DNA of 64,000 bases from an uncultured Verrucomicrobiota bacterium (GCA_964568145.1 CAZMOZ010000001.1:195536-259535), one strand, 5' to 3'. Counted from the stretch's first letter, positions 8,007 to 16,207 are shown. Made by a program: numbers and translations. Notes: generated by a model not told the origin, from the sequence alone.

Positions 8007-8249
8007 ATGAAACCGGAAGTCGTCATCGAGTACTGCGCGGCTTGAAACTATGAGCCCAAGGCCGTCGGTCTGGCGGAGAAAATCCTTGGGTTCAAGTTGA
8101 ACCTCGGCTCGCTCAAGTTGATCCCGTCCACAGGCGGGGTCTTTGAAGTCAGCGTCAATGGCCGCAGCATCTTCAGCAAGAAGGCCACGGGGCAGTTCCC
8201 CGAACCAGACGCTGTTCTCAAAGAACTCAAGAAGCACCTCGCGGCCTGA
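8007..8249 (+). CDS. SelW/Rdx-family selenoprotein with in-frame TGA (Sec) at 8043-8045
   Basis: Hand translation gives MKPEVVIEYCAA-U-NYEPKAVGLAEKILGFKLNLGSLKLIPSTGGVFEVSVNGRSIFSKKATGQFPEPDAVLKELKKHLAA, then TGA at 8247. The CxxU redox motif after the first beta strand and the GGVFEV...FSKK...G.FPE blocks are the Rdx/SelW pattern. The gene is not in the ORF track because the TGA splits it. Confidence 0.8.
8055..8090 (+). promoter_or_regulatory. putative bacterial SECIS hairpin of the SelW-like gene
   Basis: CCCAAGG (8055-8061) pairs with CCTTGGG (8084-8090). An upper CCG/CGG helix carries an apical loop UCGGUCUGG. The GGUC sits at +25..+28 from the U of the UGA. Confidence 0.55.
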
Positions 8250-8302
8250 GCCCGAAACCGTGACGGCGCCCGGCGGGGCGCGCGGCGCTGGCTTTCCCGG
8301 TC

Positions 8303-8399
8303 GGAGAGTGATGGGTGCCTGGTGGCCCCCGCGGTCTTCAAAACCGTCGTGCCGGCACTCCGTGTCGGCAGGAGTGTTCGATCCGCTCCCTCTCCGCCA
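8303..8399 (+). tRNA. selC: tRNA-Sec (anticodon UCA at 8338-8340), CCA encoded
   Basis: 97 nt. The acceptor GGAGAGTG pairs with CCCTCTCC (one mismatch), followed by discriminator G and CCA. The D arm is long (GGGTGCC-TGGT-GGCCCCC). The anticodon loop is CTTCAAA. The variable arm has 9 bp (TGCCGGCAC-TCC-GTGTCGGCA). The T loop is TTCGATC. Confidence 0.8.
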
Positions 8400-8656
8400 C
8401 TTTCGCCAGGCTGCCCGGACGAAGGATCCGTCAAGTCCTGCCTTTCGGGGCTGCGACCAGCAAAACGCAATCCCCGCGGGCGGATCGCCCGCGGCACGGC
8501 TCCAGGCGAGGTCGCCGGGGCCATTCCGAACCGCCCGTTACTGGCACGAAAGTCGCCCAGTTGCCGGCAGGAATGCCGGAGCGCCCGGATCGCAGACGGC
8601 CGTTTTCAAGCCACGTTCGCTAACGTCTTTGCCTGGATTGAAAGGAGGTGATCCGC

Positions 8657-9712
8657 GTGTCGCGTGAGCAGATTCTTCGCCTGACCGCGCTGTCATCCTG
8701 CGCGGGTTGAGCCGCCAAGCTCGGCCAGAACGCCCTGGCGCAGGTCCTGCGCCAGCTTCCACGACCCTGCGACCCGCGGCTGCTGGTCGGCGCCGCGACC
8801 GCCGATGACGCCGGGGTGTTTCGTCTCGATCGCGACCGCGCGCTCGTGCAGACGGTGGACTTCTTCACGCCCATCGTGGACGACCCGTTCCTGTACGGAC
8901 AGATCGCCGCGGCAAACTCGCTGTCCGATGTCTATGCGATGGGTGGCCGCCCGCTGACCGCGCTGAACATCGTCGGCGTGCCCGAGGAAACCGTGCCGCC
9001 GGAGGTCGTCGCGCGGATGCTCCGTGGCGGGGCGGTCAAGGCGAAGGAAGCCGGCTGTGTCGTGCTTGGCGGCCACACGATCAAGAACCCCGAGCCCATC
9101 TACGGCCTGGCCGTGACCGGCTTGGTCCACCCGCGCCGCCTGATCACCAACGCCGCGGCGCAGCCCGGCGACGTCCTGGTGCTCACCAAACCGCTCGGCA
9201 CCGGCATCGTCACCACCGCCATCAAGCGCGGCCTTTGCCCGCCGGGCCTTTCGGCGAAGGCCATTCGTTCCATGCGTGCGCTCAACACGGTCGGCGCGGC
9301 GCTGGCCGAACGCCGTTTCGTGCGCGCGGGCACGGATGTGACCGGCTTCGGCCTGCTGGGCCATCTGGGCGCACTTTGCCGCGCCAGCGGCTTGTCGGCG
9401 GAACTTCGCGCCGGCGCCATCCCGGTGCTGGGGCCGGGCGTGTGGGATTTGATCGCCCAAGGCTGCGTCCCGGGCGGCACGCGCGCGAACCTGAAGACCG
9501 CCGCCGCGTGGACCGACTTCGCCAGCGGCGTGACCGACGTGCGGAAGTTGCTGCTGGCCGACGCCCAGACCAGCGGCGGCCTGTTGCTTTGCGTGCCGGA
9601 AAGTCGCCTGGCCGCTGTGCTGACCAGGTTAAAACGGCACCGGACCCTGGCCGCGGCGGTGGTGGGCCGGATTGAGAAGGCCGGCGCGGCGCGTATCCGC
9701 GTCGAGCCGTAG
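8657..9712 (+). CDS. selD: selenide, water dikinase SelD, selenocysteine-containing form (TGA at 8708-8710)
   Basis: An AAAGGAGGTG Shine-Dalgarno (8641-8650) precedes GTG 8657. Translation gives VSREQILRLTALSSCAG-U-AAKLGQNALAQVLRQL..., which runs in frame into the 8816..9712 ORF (DFFTPIVDDPFLYGQIAAANSLSDVYAMGGRP, GGHTI). The Sec sits at the position of the SelD active-site Cys. Confidence 0.9.
8735..8755 (+). promoter_or_regulatory. putative SECIS hairpin of selD
   Basis: A perfect 9-bp stem forms between CTGGCGCAG and CTGCGCCAG around GTC. If the closing pair opens, the loop becomes GGUCC. The apex lies at +36..+39 from the U of the UGA. Confidence 0.5.
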
Positions 9713-9723
9713 CCGCGGGACGC

Positions 9724-11730
9724 TCAGTTCGCGCCGTCGCCGGAAGGCGTCAATGGCGGCTCGATCTGCCAGGTGTCCGCGTCCAGATCAATGGTCACAC
9801 GCGTGCCGTCTGCAAAGCTGGTGCGCTGGCGGCGTCGGCTGGCGTCGAGAAATTCGTGGCGCGTCATTTCCAGCAGCGCCACGCGGCGGTGCAGCGCGCA
9901 CACGGTCCGCACCCGCGCCAGCTCTCCCGGTCCCGGGTTCAAGCCCAGATAAGGCATCCCGCCGTTGGCCAGCGCATGCAGCAGGCCCAGGTCTTTCTCC
10001 GGGATGCCCCATTCGCCGCGCCCCAGCGACCACGGCATGAGCAGCGCGTCGTGGTACCCCAGGTTGAACAGCGGCACCGGGATGCCCATCGCCGGGCCTT
10101 TGCCGGGATTGGGATTCAGGGCGAACGGGCCGTGATGCACCAGGTCCAGATGGCGCACCGACCAGTCGCTGGGTTCCTCCGAACTGACCACGCCGCTCCA
10201 GGCCCGGATCGAATCCAGGCACTCGCCGCGGAAGCGCAGGCAATCCGCGCGCGTGACGGGGTGTTCGGTCTGGTAGCACTCGTCCGGCGGCACCACGGAG
10301 AAGACGTCCAGGTAGGCGCCGCGGAGTTTGACGCCGTGCTCGAGGATGGCGGTGTGGTTCTTGCGCACGTGCCCCGGGGCCAGGCTCGGACACAGGATGG
10401 ACTGTCGCCCGCCGTACCAGGTGCTGTGCAACGGCCGCGCGCCGCTCTCCTCCGTGATCGTGTGTCGGTCGTGGTACGAGCGAGCGTCGAGGTAGTAATC
10501 GCGGTATTGGTCGTGAATGGCGAAGAGGAAGCCCAGGCGGTCGCACACCTCGGCGAAATCCCGCATGCCCTCCCAGCCGCCGGCCTCGGGGCAGGGCGGC
10601 AGCACGTCGGGGTGCAGGTTGTCGTAGCCCCGCAAGCCCCAGCCATCCAGGTGGACGTAGGCGTTGGTGACGCCTTTGGCGGCGAGCGCCTGCAAGTCCT
10701 TCGCCCGCGCGGCGAACGTCACCAACTGGTGGTTCTGCGCCGGGTCGTCTTTGTGGTAGTAACTGGATTCCGGCTGGATGTGGTACAGGATGCTGGTGTG
10801 GACGACCGGCGCGCCGATGAGCCGGGCGACGACCGGGTTGCGCGCGATCTTTTCACGCAGGGACACAAACCGCCCGGTGGCGATGGCGTGCCGGCGGTAG
10901 CGCTTGGCGAGGTCCACATAATTCCCGGCGTCGAAAAAGCACACTCGGGCTCGCCGCGGATACGCGAAGCGGCCCAGCGAATGCACCCAACGCGGGCCAA
11001 TCTGCGTGGGGCCGCCCGCGGGATGCTCGAAGCGGCAGCCGCCGTCGTCCGGTGTCTCCAGCATCACCAGCAGCGTCGCGCCGCCTTGCTCGTGTCCCCA
11101 CCACGGCTGGTAGAGCCCGCGCCCGAAGCTGAGCGTGTCGTACAGCCAGGTCTTTTCGGGCCAGGCCTTGGGCAACAACATGCCTTGCATGAACGGCACC
11201 ACCGTGGTGCCGAACGACTCCGCCGCCAGCCCCGCCGGCCAGTCGCACTGCCGCACGCGAGTGGCGCCGTCGGAGGCGATCAGCGTAGCGACCAGTTCCT
11301 CGGTGCCGCCCTCGAGGCACAGGAAAAGCTGGAGGAAAAGATCAAACCGCAATTCGCCGCTGCGAAACCCGCCCAGTTCGATCTTCAGGCCGGTCTGGAA
11401 GCCGTTTTCGTAGGCTTCGACCTTCTTCGACTCCGCGGTGGCCAGTTGCAGGGAATGCAGCTGGCCGTCGTGGCGGACCTCGAGGTCGCCGGCGCGCGAC
11501 GCCGCGAACCGCCAGGCCACGACCGGCGTCTGCACGCGGCAGGCGAGGTTGGTGGGGTTGAACTCGAGGCGGTGACGCGCCCCAGTCACGCGCCACAGGC
11601 CGACGTTGGTGTCGTGGGCCACCTGGATGGGTGTGTCGGTGGACGCTGCCATGCCGGGGCGGAAGACTGCTGCGCCCGCCAGCAGGGCGAGCAGGATGAT
11701 CCGGGGGTTCATGAAGCGCAGCGTAGGCAT
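9724..11730 (-). CDS. secreted hypothetical protein, possibly glycoside-hydrolase-like (function not assignable by eye)
   Basis: The ORF track gives 674 aa from TTG 11748. ATG 11730 gives MPTLRFMNPRIILLALLAGAAVFRPGMA, a signal peptide. The central block VHLDGWGLRGYDNLHPDVLPPCPEAGGWEGMRDF...FAIHDQYRDYY looks TIM-barrel glycosidase-like. Confidence 0.55.
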   Translation of the reverse strand: MPTLRFMNPRIILLALLAGAAVFRPGMAASTDTPIQVAHDTNVGLWRVTGARHRLEFNPTNLACRVQTPVVAWRFAASRAGDLEVRHDGQLHSLQLATAESKKVEAYENGFQTGLKIELGGFRSGELRFDLFLQLFLCLEGGTEELVATLIASDGATRVRQCDWPAGLAAESFGTTVVPFMQGMLLPKAWPEKTWLYDTLSFGRGLYQPWWGHEQGGATLLVMLETPDDGGCRFEHPAGGPTQIGPRWVHSLGRFAYPRRARVCFFDAGNYVDLAKRYRRHAIATGRFVSLREKIARNPVVARLIGAPVVHTSILYHIQPESSYYHKDDPAQNHQLVTFAARAKDLQALAAKGVTNAYVHLDGWGLRGYDNLHPDVLPPCPEAGGWEGMRDFAEVCDRLGFLFAIHDQYRDYYLDARSYHDRHTITEESGARPLHSTWYGGRQSILCPSLAPGHVRKNHTAILEHGVKLRGAYLDVFSVVPPDECYQTEHPVTRADCLRFRGECLDSIRAWSGVVSSEEPSDWSVRHLDLVHHGPFALNPNPGKGPAMGIPVPLFNLGYHDALLMPWSLGRGEWGIPEKDLGLLHALANGGMPYLGLNPGPGELARVRTVCALHRRVALLEMTRHEFLDASRRRQRTSFADGTRVTIDLDADTWQIEPPLTPSGDGAN

Positions 11731-11807
11731 GCGCCGGTGATGTGACAAGGCCGCGCCGCCCGCGCGTCTGCCGCGAAGCGTGGCGGCGGCCGTCAGTAGT
11801 GTAGCCG

Positions 11808-12097
11808 GGGGCAGCTCACTTTTGTGCAGGCGGTGGAAACGGCCGGAAGTTCCGGAGGCGTGCGCCTGAGCATGAACTGGGTGCGCGGCTTCCCGACGGC
11901 GGGGCAGGTCACCCCCCCGCTGAGGTGCGACGGGTCAGGCCCCTGAGCCAGGGGCCGGCTACCGGATGCCGAATCCACGCCCGCTGCCCACCTCTCCCTT
12001 TCTGTGTTTCTGAGTTTGGGCTTTCTCGCCGGATTCACCGGGCTGGAAGCCCGGCTCCACAGCCGGCGATCCTCCCTTCACGAAACTGAGATACGTA
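11808..12097 (+). repeat. MITE-like intergenic element, copy A
   Basis: About 75-80 percent identical by eye to the reverse complement of 14352..14664. Shared blocks are GTGGAAACGGCCGGAAGT, CGCCTGAGCATGAAC, TTTGGGCTTTCTCGCCGG, CTGGAAGCCCGGCTCCAC and ACTGAGATNCG. Confidence 0.75.
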
Positions 12098-12177
12098 CTG
12101 GCACGCCCGGACCCCGCTTTTCGTATTGCTGGCACGCAGGCTTTCCGAAATGCTGCCGGCGCATGAATCATTGTACG

Positions 12178-13029
12178 ATGAAACGTTACCTGATCCTGAC
12201 TTTGTTGCCGGGCCTGGTCGCCGCCGGCGCTTGGGCGGCGGACGCGGGCGCCTTGAACGATCCCAAAGCCAAGTTCAGCTACGGCCTGGGGCTGAGCCTG
12301 GGCACCAACCTCAAGCGCTCCGGCGTGGAGCCCGGCGAGGTGGACCTGGACCTGTTCGCCAAAGGCATGAAGGACGCCGCCAGCAATTCCAGTCAGATGA
12401 CCGAGGCCGAGGCGCGCAACGCCATCATGGCCTACCAGACCGAAGCCCGGAAGACGCTGGCCGCCAAAAACAAGGCGGCGGCGGATGAATTTCTCGCCGC
12501 CAACAAAGACAAGGAAGGCGTCGTGACCACCGCCAGCGGGCTCCAGTATAAGGTGCTCGCCGCCGGCGCGGGCGATTCGCCCAAGGCCACGGACAACGTC
12601 ACCGTGCATTACAAGGGCACGTTGCTGGACGGCACGGAGTTCGACAGCAGCTACAAGCGCAACCAGCCGGCCACCTTCGGCGTGGGGCAGGTGATCAAGG
12701 GCTGGACCGAGGCCTTGCAGCTCATGAAGCCCGGCGCGAAGTGGCAGCTCTTCATCCCCCCCGACCAGGCTTACGGCGAACAGGGGCGGCCCGGCATTCC
12801 GCCCAATTCCCTGCTCAACTTCGAGGTCGAGCTCATCTCGGTGCAGAGCCAGGCCGCCGTCGCGCCGCCCGCCCCGCCCGCGCAGCCGGTGACCAGCGAC
12901 ATCATCAAGGTGCCCTCGAAGGAAGAACTCGAGAAAGGCGCGAAGATCGAGATCATTAAGGCCGCTGACCTCGAGAAGCTCAAGCAGGAGGAAGCCGAGA
13001 AGGCCAAAACTGCCGGCGAAAAGAAGTAG
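12178..13029 (+). CDS. FKBP-type peptidyl-prolyl cis-trans isomerase, FkpA/Mip-like, secreted
   Basis: ATG 12178 gives MKRYLILTLLPGLVAAGAWA, a signal peptide. The FKBP domain reads VTVHYKGTLLDGTEFDSSYKRNQPATFGVGQVIKGWTEALQLMKPGAKWQLFIPPDQAYGE. The upstream part of the 12004 ORF lies in repeat A. Confidence 0.9.
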   Translation: MKRYLILTLLPGLVAAGAWAADAGALNDPKAKFSYGLGLSLGTNLKRSGVEPGEVDLDLFAKGMKDAASNSSQMTEAEARNAIMAYQTEARKTLAAKNKAAADEFLAANKDKEGVVTTASGLQYKVLAAGAGDSPKATDNVTVHYKGTLLDGTEFDSSYKRNQPATFGVGQVIKGWTEALQLMKPGAKWQLFIPPDQAYGEQGRPGIPPNSLLNFEVELISVQSQAAVAPPAPPAQPVTSDIIKVPSKEELEKGAKIEIIKAADLEKLKQEEAEKAKTAGEKK

Positions 13030-13058
13030 CCGCCCGTCTCGTAGTTTTGGATACAGCA

Positions 13059-13092
13059 CAGGCCGCCGCTTGGCGGCCTGTTTTGTTTTGTT
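13059..13092 (+). terminator. rho-independent terminator after the FKBP gene
   Basis: The hairpin CAGGCCGCC-GCTT-GGCGGCCTG is followed by TTTTGTTTTGTT. Confidence 0.65.
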
Positions 13093-13128
13093 GGGGTGGA
13101 ACGGCCAGCCAGGCCATTCCGCCCAGGC

Positions 13129-14214
13129 TCAGGCCGGCTGTTGCTGGGTGAGGCAATGCACCGAGCCGAAGCCCAGCACCAGATCCACCGCGTGCAAACC
13201 CACCACCGGGCGATCAGTGATCAGTTCGCCCAGGATGCCCAGCGCCACGCGATCGTTCGGGTCGTTGAATGTCGGCACCAGCACGCACGTGTTGGCGATG
13301 TAAAAATTCGCGTAGCTGGCCGGCAGCCGGTCGCCATTGAAGAACAGCGGCGCCGGCATGGGCAGGGGCACCACTTCCGGTTTGGAGCCGTCTTCCAGCC
13401 GCAGGTCCCGCACCCGCTCCCAGTTCTCGGCCAACGGCCGGTGGTTCACGTCCCGCCGGTTGGTTTCGCGGATGAGCACCAGTGTGCGCGGATTCACGAA
13501 GCGCGCGATGTCGTCAATGTGGCCGTGGGTGTCGTCGCCCACCGGCCCGTTGCGCAGCCAGAGCACGTTGCGGACGCCCAGGAACTGCCGGAACGCCGCC
13601 TCGTAATCGGCGCGGGTCAAACCCGGATTGCGCACCTGCACCTTGGGATCGAGGTAGCACTCCTCGGTGGTGAGCAGCGTGCCCCGGCCGTTGACCTCGA
13701 TGCCACCGCCTTCGAGCACAAAGTCACGGCCGGCCACCCGCGCCTCGAACAGCGGCTTGCGCAGCAGCCGGGCGGCGGTCTCGGGCACGCGACGATCCTT
13801 CTGCCAGTCGCGGTACTTGGCCCAGGCGTTGAAATGGAAATGGACGATGGCGGTCTCCGACCTGCGGCCCCGCCGACGGCGCACAAACAACGGTCCGCTG
13901 TCGCGCGTCCAGCCGCGGTTGGTGAAGTGCGTCACGAAATCCACCCGCCGGAGATCGGCGCCCGCCTGGCCGAGATAGCGCCGGGCCTGCGCGGCGGCGG
14001 CACGGTCATTCACCAGCAGGCGCACGCGCTCGCCGGCGGTGATCTTGCGGACCATCTCGCCGTACACCCAGCGGATGGTGTCCAGCTTGCCGGGCCAGTC
14101 GGTTTCGTTATGGGGCCAGCCCAGCCAGGTCGCCTCGTGCCGCTCCCATTCGGCGGGCATGGTGTAACCGAGTTCGGCCGGGCTCGGGCAGTTTGTGGGA
14201 TCGTGTGCGGCCAT
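13129..14214 (-). CDS. aguA: agmatine deiminase
   Basis: ATG 14214 gives MAAHDPTNCPSPAELGYTMPAEWERHEATWLGWPHN. Further blocks are GGGIEVNGRGTLLTTEEC and DDTHGHIDDIARF, with the catalytic GSVHCLTQQQP at the C-terminus. The longer track ORF (to 14316) runs toward the downstream intergenic repeat (element B at 14352..14664). Confidence 0.9.
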   Translation of the reverse strand: MAAHDPTNCPSPAELGYTMPAEWERHEATWLGWPHNETDWPGKLDTIRWVYGEMVRKITAGERVRLLVNDRAAAAQARRYLGQAGADLRRVDFVTHFTNRGWTRDSGPLFVRRRRGRRSETAIVHFHFNAWAKYRDWQKDRRVPETAARLLRKPLFEARVAGRDFVLEGGGIEVNGRGTLLTTEECYLDPKVQVRNPGLTRADYEAAFRQFLGVRNVLWLRNGPVGDDTHGHIDDIARFVNPRTLVLIRETNRRDVNHRPLAENWERVRDLRLEDGSKPEVVPLPMPAPLFFNGDRLPASYANFYIANTCVLVPTFNDPNDRVALGILGELITDRPVVGLHAVDLVLGFGSVHCLTQQQPA

Positions 14215-14351
14215 AAACTGGCGCGAGCCTAACGGCTGCGCGGCGCTTGTCCATGCCGGGCCATGATCTTCCGTGGCTGCGGTCCTCAGACTGCGGCGGC
14301 GTGCCGGCGATGCCAACTAAAGACGGTCGCCCACGCGCTGGCGGAATGGTT

Positions 14352-14664
14352 GGGCGCATCTCAGTCCTGTGCAGGCAAGAGCGCCTGTCGGGGTGGCGGC
14401 CGGCCTCCAGCCGTCCGTGGAGCCGGGCTTCCGGCCCGGTGGACCCGGCGAGAAAGCCCAAACCCAGAAAATCAAAAAGGGGTGGTGGGCTGTGGGTAGG
14501 GGTTCGGCATCGGATGGCCGGACCCTGGCTCAGATGCCGTACCCGTCGCCCCTCAGCGAGGGGCGACCTACCCTGCTGGCGGGATGCCGTGCTCCCCGTT
14601 CATGCTCAGGCGCGTACCCCCGGTACTTCCGGCCGTTTCCACTGGCTGCAAATAGCGAGATGCC
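14352..14664 (-). repeat. MITE-like intergenic element, copy B (inverted relative to copy A)
   Basis: The termini are GGGCGCATCTC (14352-14362) and GAGATGCC (14657-14664). There is an internal perfect hairpin GTCGCCCCT-CAGCG-AGGGGCGAC at 14545-14567. Confidence 0.75.
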
Positions 14665-14749
14665 TGCGCGGAGCGGTTCGGGACGCGGAATTGTCGTTGT
14701 GTAACGGGGGCCGCTGCGGCAGGGTTTCGCCCGTCAAACCCCTGCGCTT

Positions 14750-15412
14750 ATGTCTGAAGCCCAAACCGGAAAAGGCCGCGGTTGTTTCTTCTACGGCTGC
14801 CTCACGCTGGTGATCCTGTTCGTGGTCGGCTCGATCGCGCTGTACTTTGGCACCCGCTATGTCGTCGGCCGCCTGGTGGCGCAATACACCTCGCCCACGT
14901 CCATGGCTGTGCCGAAGGTGGAGGGCACGCCCGAGGAGATCAAAGGCGTGCAGGACCGCTTCAAGGCGTTCGCCGACGCTTTGAAGGCCGGGCGGCCCAC
15001 CCCGCCGCTGTCGCTTTCCGAGAAGGAGCTGAACCTGCTCATCAACCACGCCCCGCAGGCGGGCGAGTTCAAGGACAACGTCCACGTCGCCATCGTCGGC
15101 AACAAGCTCCGGGGCACACTCAGCCTGCCGCTGGAGAGTCTGGGCTGGAGATGGTTCAAAGGCCGTTATTTCAACGGCGTCGCCGAAGTGAAAACCACCC
15201 TCGAAAACGGGGTGCTGCTGGTAACGCTCGACGCGTTGGAGGTCAACGGCAAGCCGGTGCCCGAGCAGGCCATGGCGGCCATCCGGAACCAGAATCTCGC
15301 CAAGGACCTGTACAAGGACGCGGCCAGCGTCGAGGTCCTGCAACGGATCGAGCGGCTCATCGTCGAGGACGGCCGGTTGCTGGTGAAACCGCGCGAGCCC
15401 ACCAAGCCTTGA
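14750..15412 (+). CDS. membrane-anchored hypothetical protein
   Basis: 220 aa starting at an ATG. It has one N-terminal TM helix (CFFYGCLTLVILFVVGSIALYFG). Codon usage is regular and I recognise no family. Confidence 0.6.
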   Translation: MSEAQTGKGRGCFFYGCLTLVILFVVGSIALYFGTRYVVGRLVAQYTSPTSMAVPKVEGTPEEIKGVQDRFKAFADALKAGRPTPPLSLSEKELNLLINHAPQAGEFKDNVHVAIVGNKLRGTLSLPLESLGWRWFKGRYFNGVAEVKTTLENGVLLVTLDALEVNGKPVPEQAMAAIRNQNLAKDLYKDAASVEVLQRIERLIVEDGRLLVKPREPTKP

Positions 15413-15479
15413 GCTCGCCGGGTGGGGGCCGACCGACCTGAAACCAAAGGCAGAGCGCCTGCGTCAGCGGGCGGGTAAT

Positions 15480-15540
15480 CCCGAAAACCCAAGTTGGCTG
15501 TGGCAATGTGCGTCCCGCCCGCCCGACTTCGGCTTTCGGG
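15480..15540 (+). repeat. REP-like palindromic element (family CCCGAAAACCGAAGTTG ... CAACTTCGGTTTTCGGG)
   Basis: The arms CCCGAAAACCCAAGTTGG and CCGACTTCGGCTTTCGGG flank a loop containing GCGTCCCGCC. Confidence 0.75.
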
Positions 15541-15684
15541 TTAGTCCGAGTCTTCGCGGGAAACCCGTCTGACGCGAGCCAATCCAAAACACCTTCATGC
15601 CGGCTTCGTCCGAGGGCTCGCCGGAGAGGCGCGTCCAGCGGCGCACCAGGGGCGGGGTGCCCTCCAATCCAGCTTCCGCGCGGC

Positions 15685-15715
15685 AAACGAAAAGGGCGTC
15701 CGCAGTTGGACGCCC
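15685..15715 (-). terminator. rho-independent terminator after rpsT
   Basis: On the minus strand the hairpin GGGCGTCC-AACTGC-GGACGCCC is followed by TTTTCGTTT. Confidence 0.65.
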
Positions 15716-15735
15716 GGCAGGGAATGCGCCGCCGC

Positions 15736-15999
15736 TCAGGCCAGCGCGGCCAGTTTGCTGGCCAGTCGGGACTTCTTGCGATCGGCCGTGCCGCGATGAA
15801 TGACCCCGGTCTTCGCGGCCTTGTCCAGCGCGGATATCACGGTGCGCAAGGCGGCGGTCGCGGCGTCCTTCTGTTTCTCCGCCAGGACGTGCCGGAACTG
15901 CTTCTCCAAGGTCTTGAGGCGCGACTTGACGCTTCGATTGCGGGTGGCCCGGCGGGCGCTACTGCGAACCCGCCGGGCGGCTGATGCGGTTCTGGGCAT
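15736..15999 (-). CDS. rpsT: 30S ribosomal protein S20
   Basis: An internal ATG at 15999 gives the 87-aa MPRTASAARRVRSSARRATRNRSVKSRLKTLEKQF...TGVIHRGTADRKKSRLASKLAALA, a basic S20 pattern. Confidence 0.85.
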   Translation of the reverse strand: MPRTASAARRVRSSARRATRNRSVKSRLKTLEKQFRHVLAEKQKDAATAALRTVISALDKAAKTGVIHRGTADRKKSRLASKLAALA

Positions 16000-16207
16000 A
16001 GCTGGTTTGTGTCCAAGAGCCGAGACGGTATCCCAAGCCGCCCGCGTGTCAACGGCTTGTTTGGCGCAGCCGCGCTCAAGGGCGCATCTCACTCTTGTGC
16101 GATCCGGCCTTGACGTGGAGGAACGAGACTCCGTCGAGCCCAGCTTGTTGGATCGCCGATTGGTGCTAGGCGCTTGGTGATTTCTGATTCCAGCCAACGC
16201 GGGTGGT

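Noticed and set aside
8708-8710. In-frame TGA in selD, and TGA 8043 in the SelW-like gene, read as pseudogene-forming stops
   Set aside because: Both TGAs fall exactly at known Sec/Cys redox positions and are followed by stable hairpins. A tRNA-Sec gene and selA are present, so Sec recoding is the better reading.
14215-14316. Longer starts of track ORFs: aguA to 14316, FKBP from 12004, nuoG to 48098, nuoC to 52222, accA from 52461, the CxxCH protein to 28194, the PA14 giant to 40002 and the PMI from 53671
   Set aside because: The extensions run into repeats or neighbouring genes and lack family similarity. Internal ATG/GTG starts give proper N-termini or signal peptides and, in several cases, ATGA coupling.
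11808-14664. Composite transposon interpretation of the inverted repeat pair around the FKBP and aguA genes
   Set aside because: There is no transposase or integrase ORF inside or nearby, the identity is only moderate, and I saw no target-site duplication. I treat these as MITE-like copies.
16000-16207. A sigma70-like promoter for rpsT (TTGACA on the minus strand near 16040)
   Set aside because: No acceptable -10 hexamer lies at 16-18 nt spacing. The region is partly a repeat copy, so support is insufficient.
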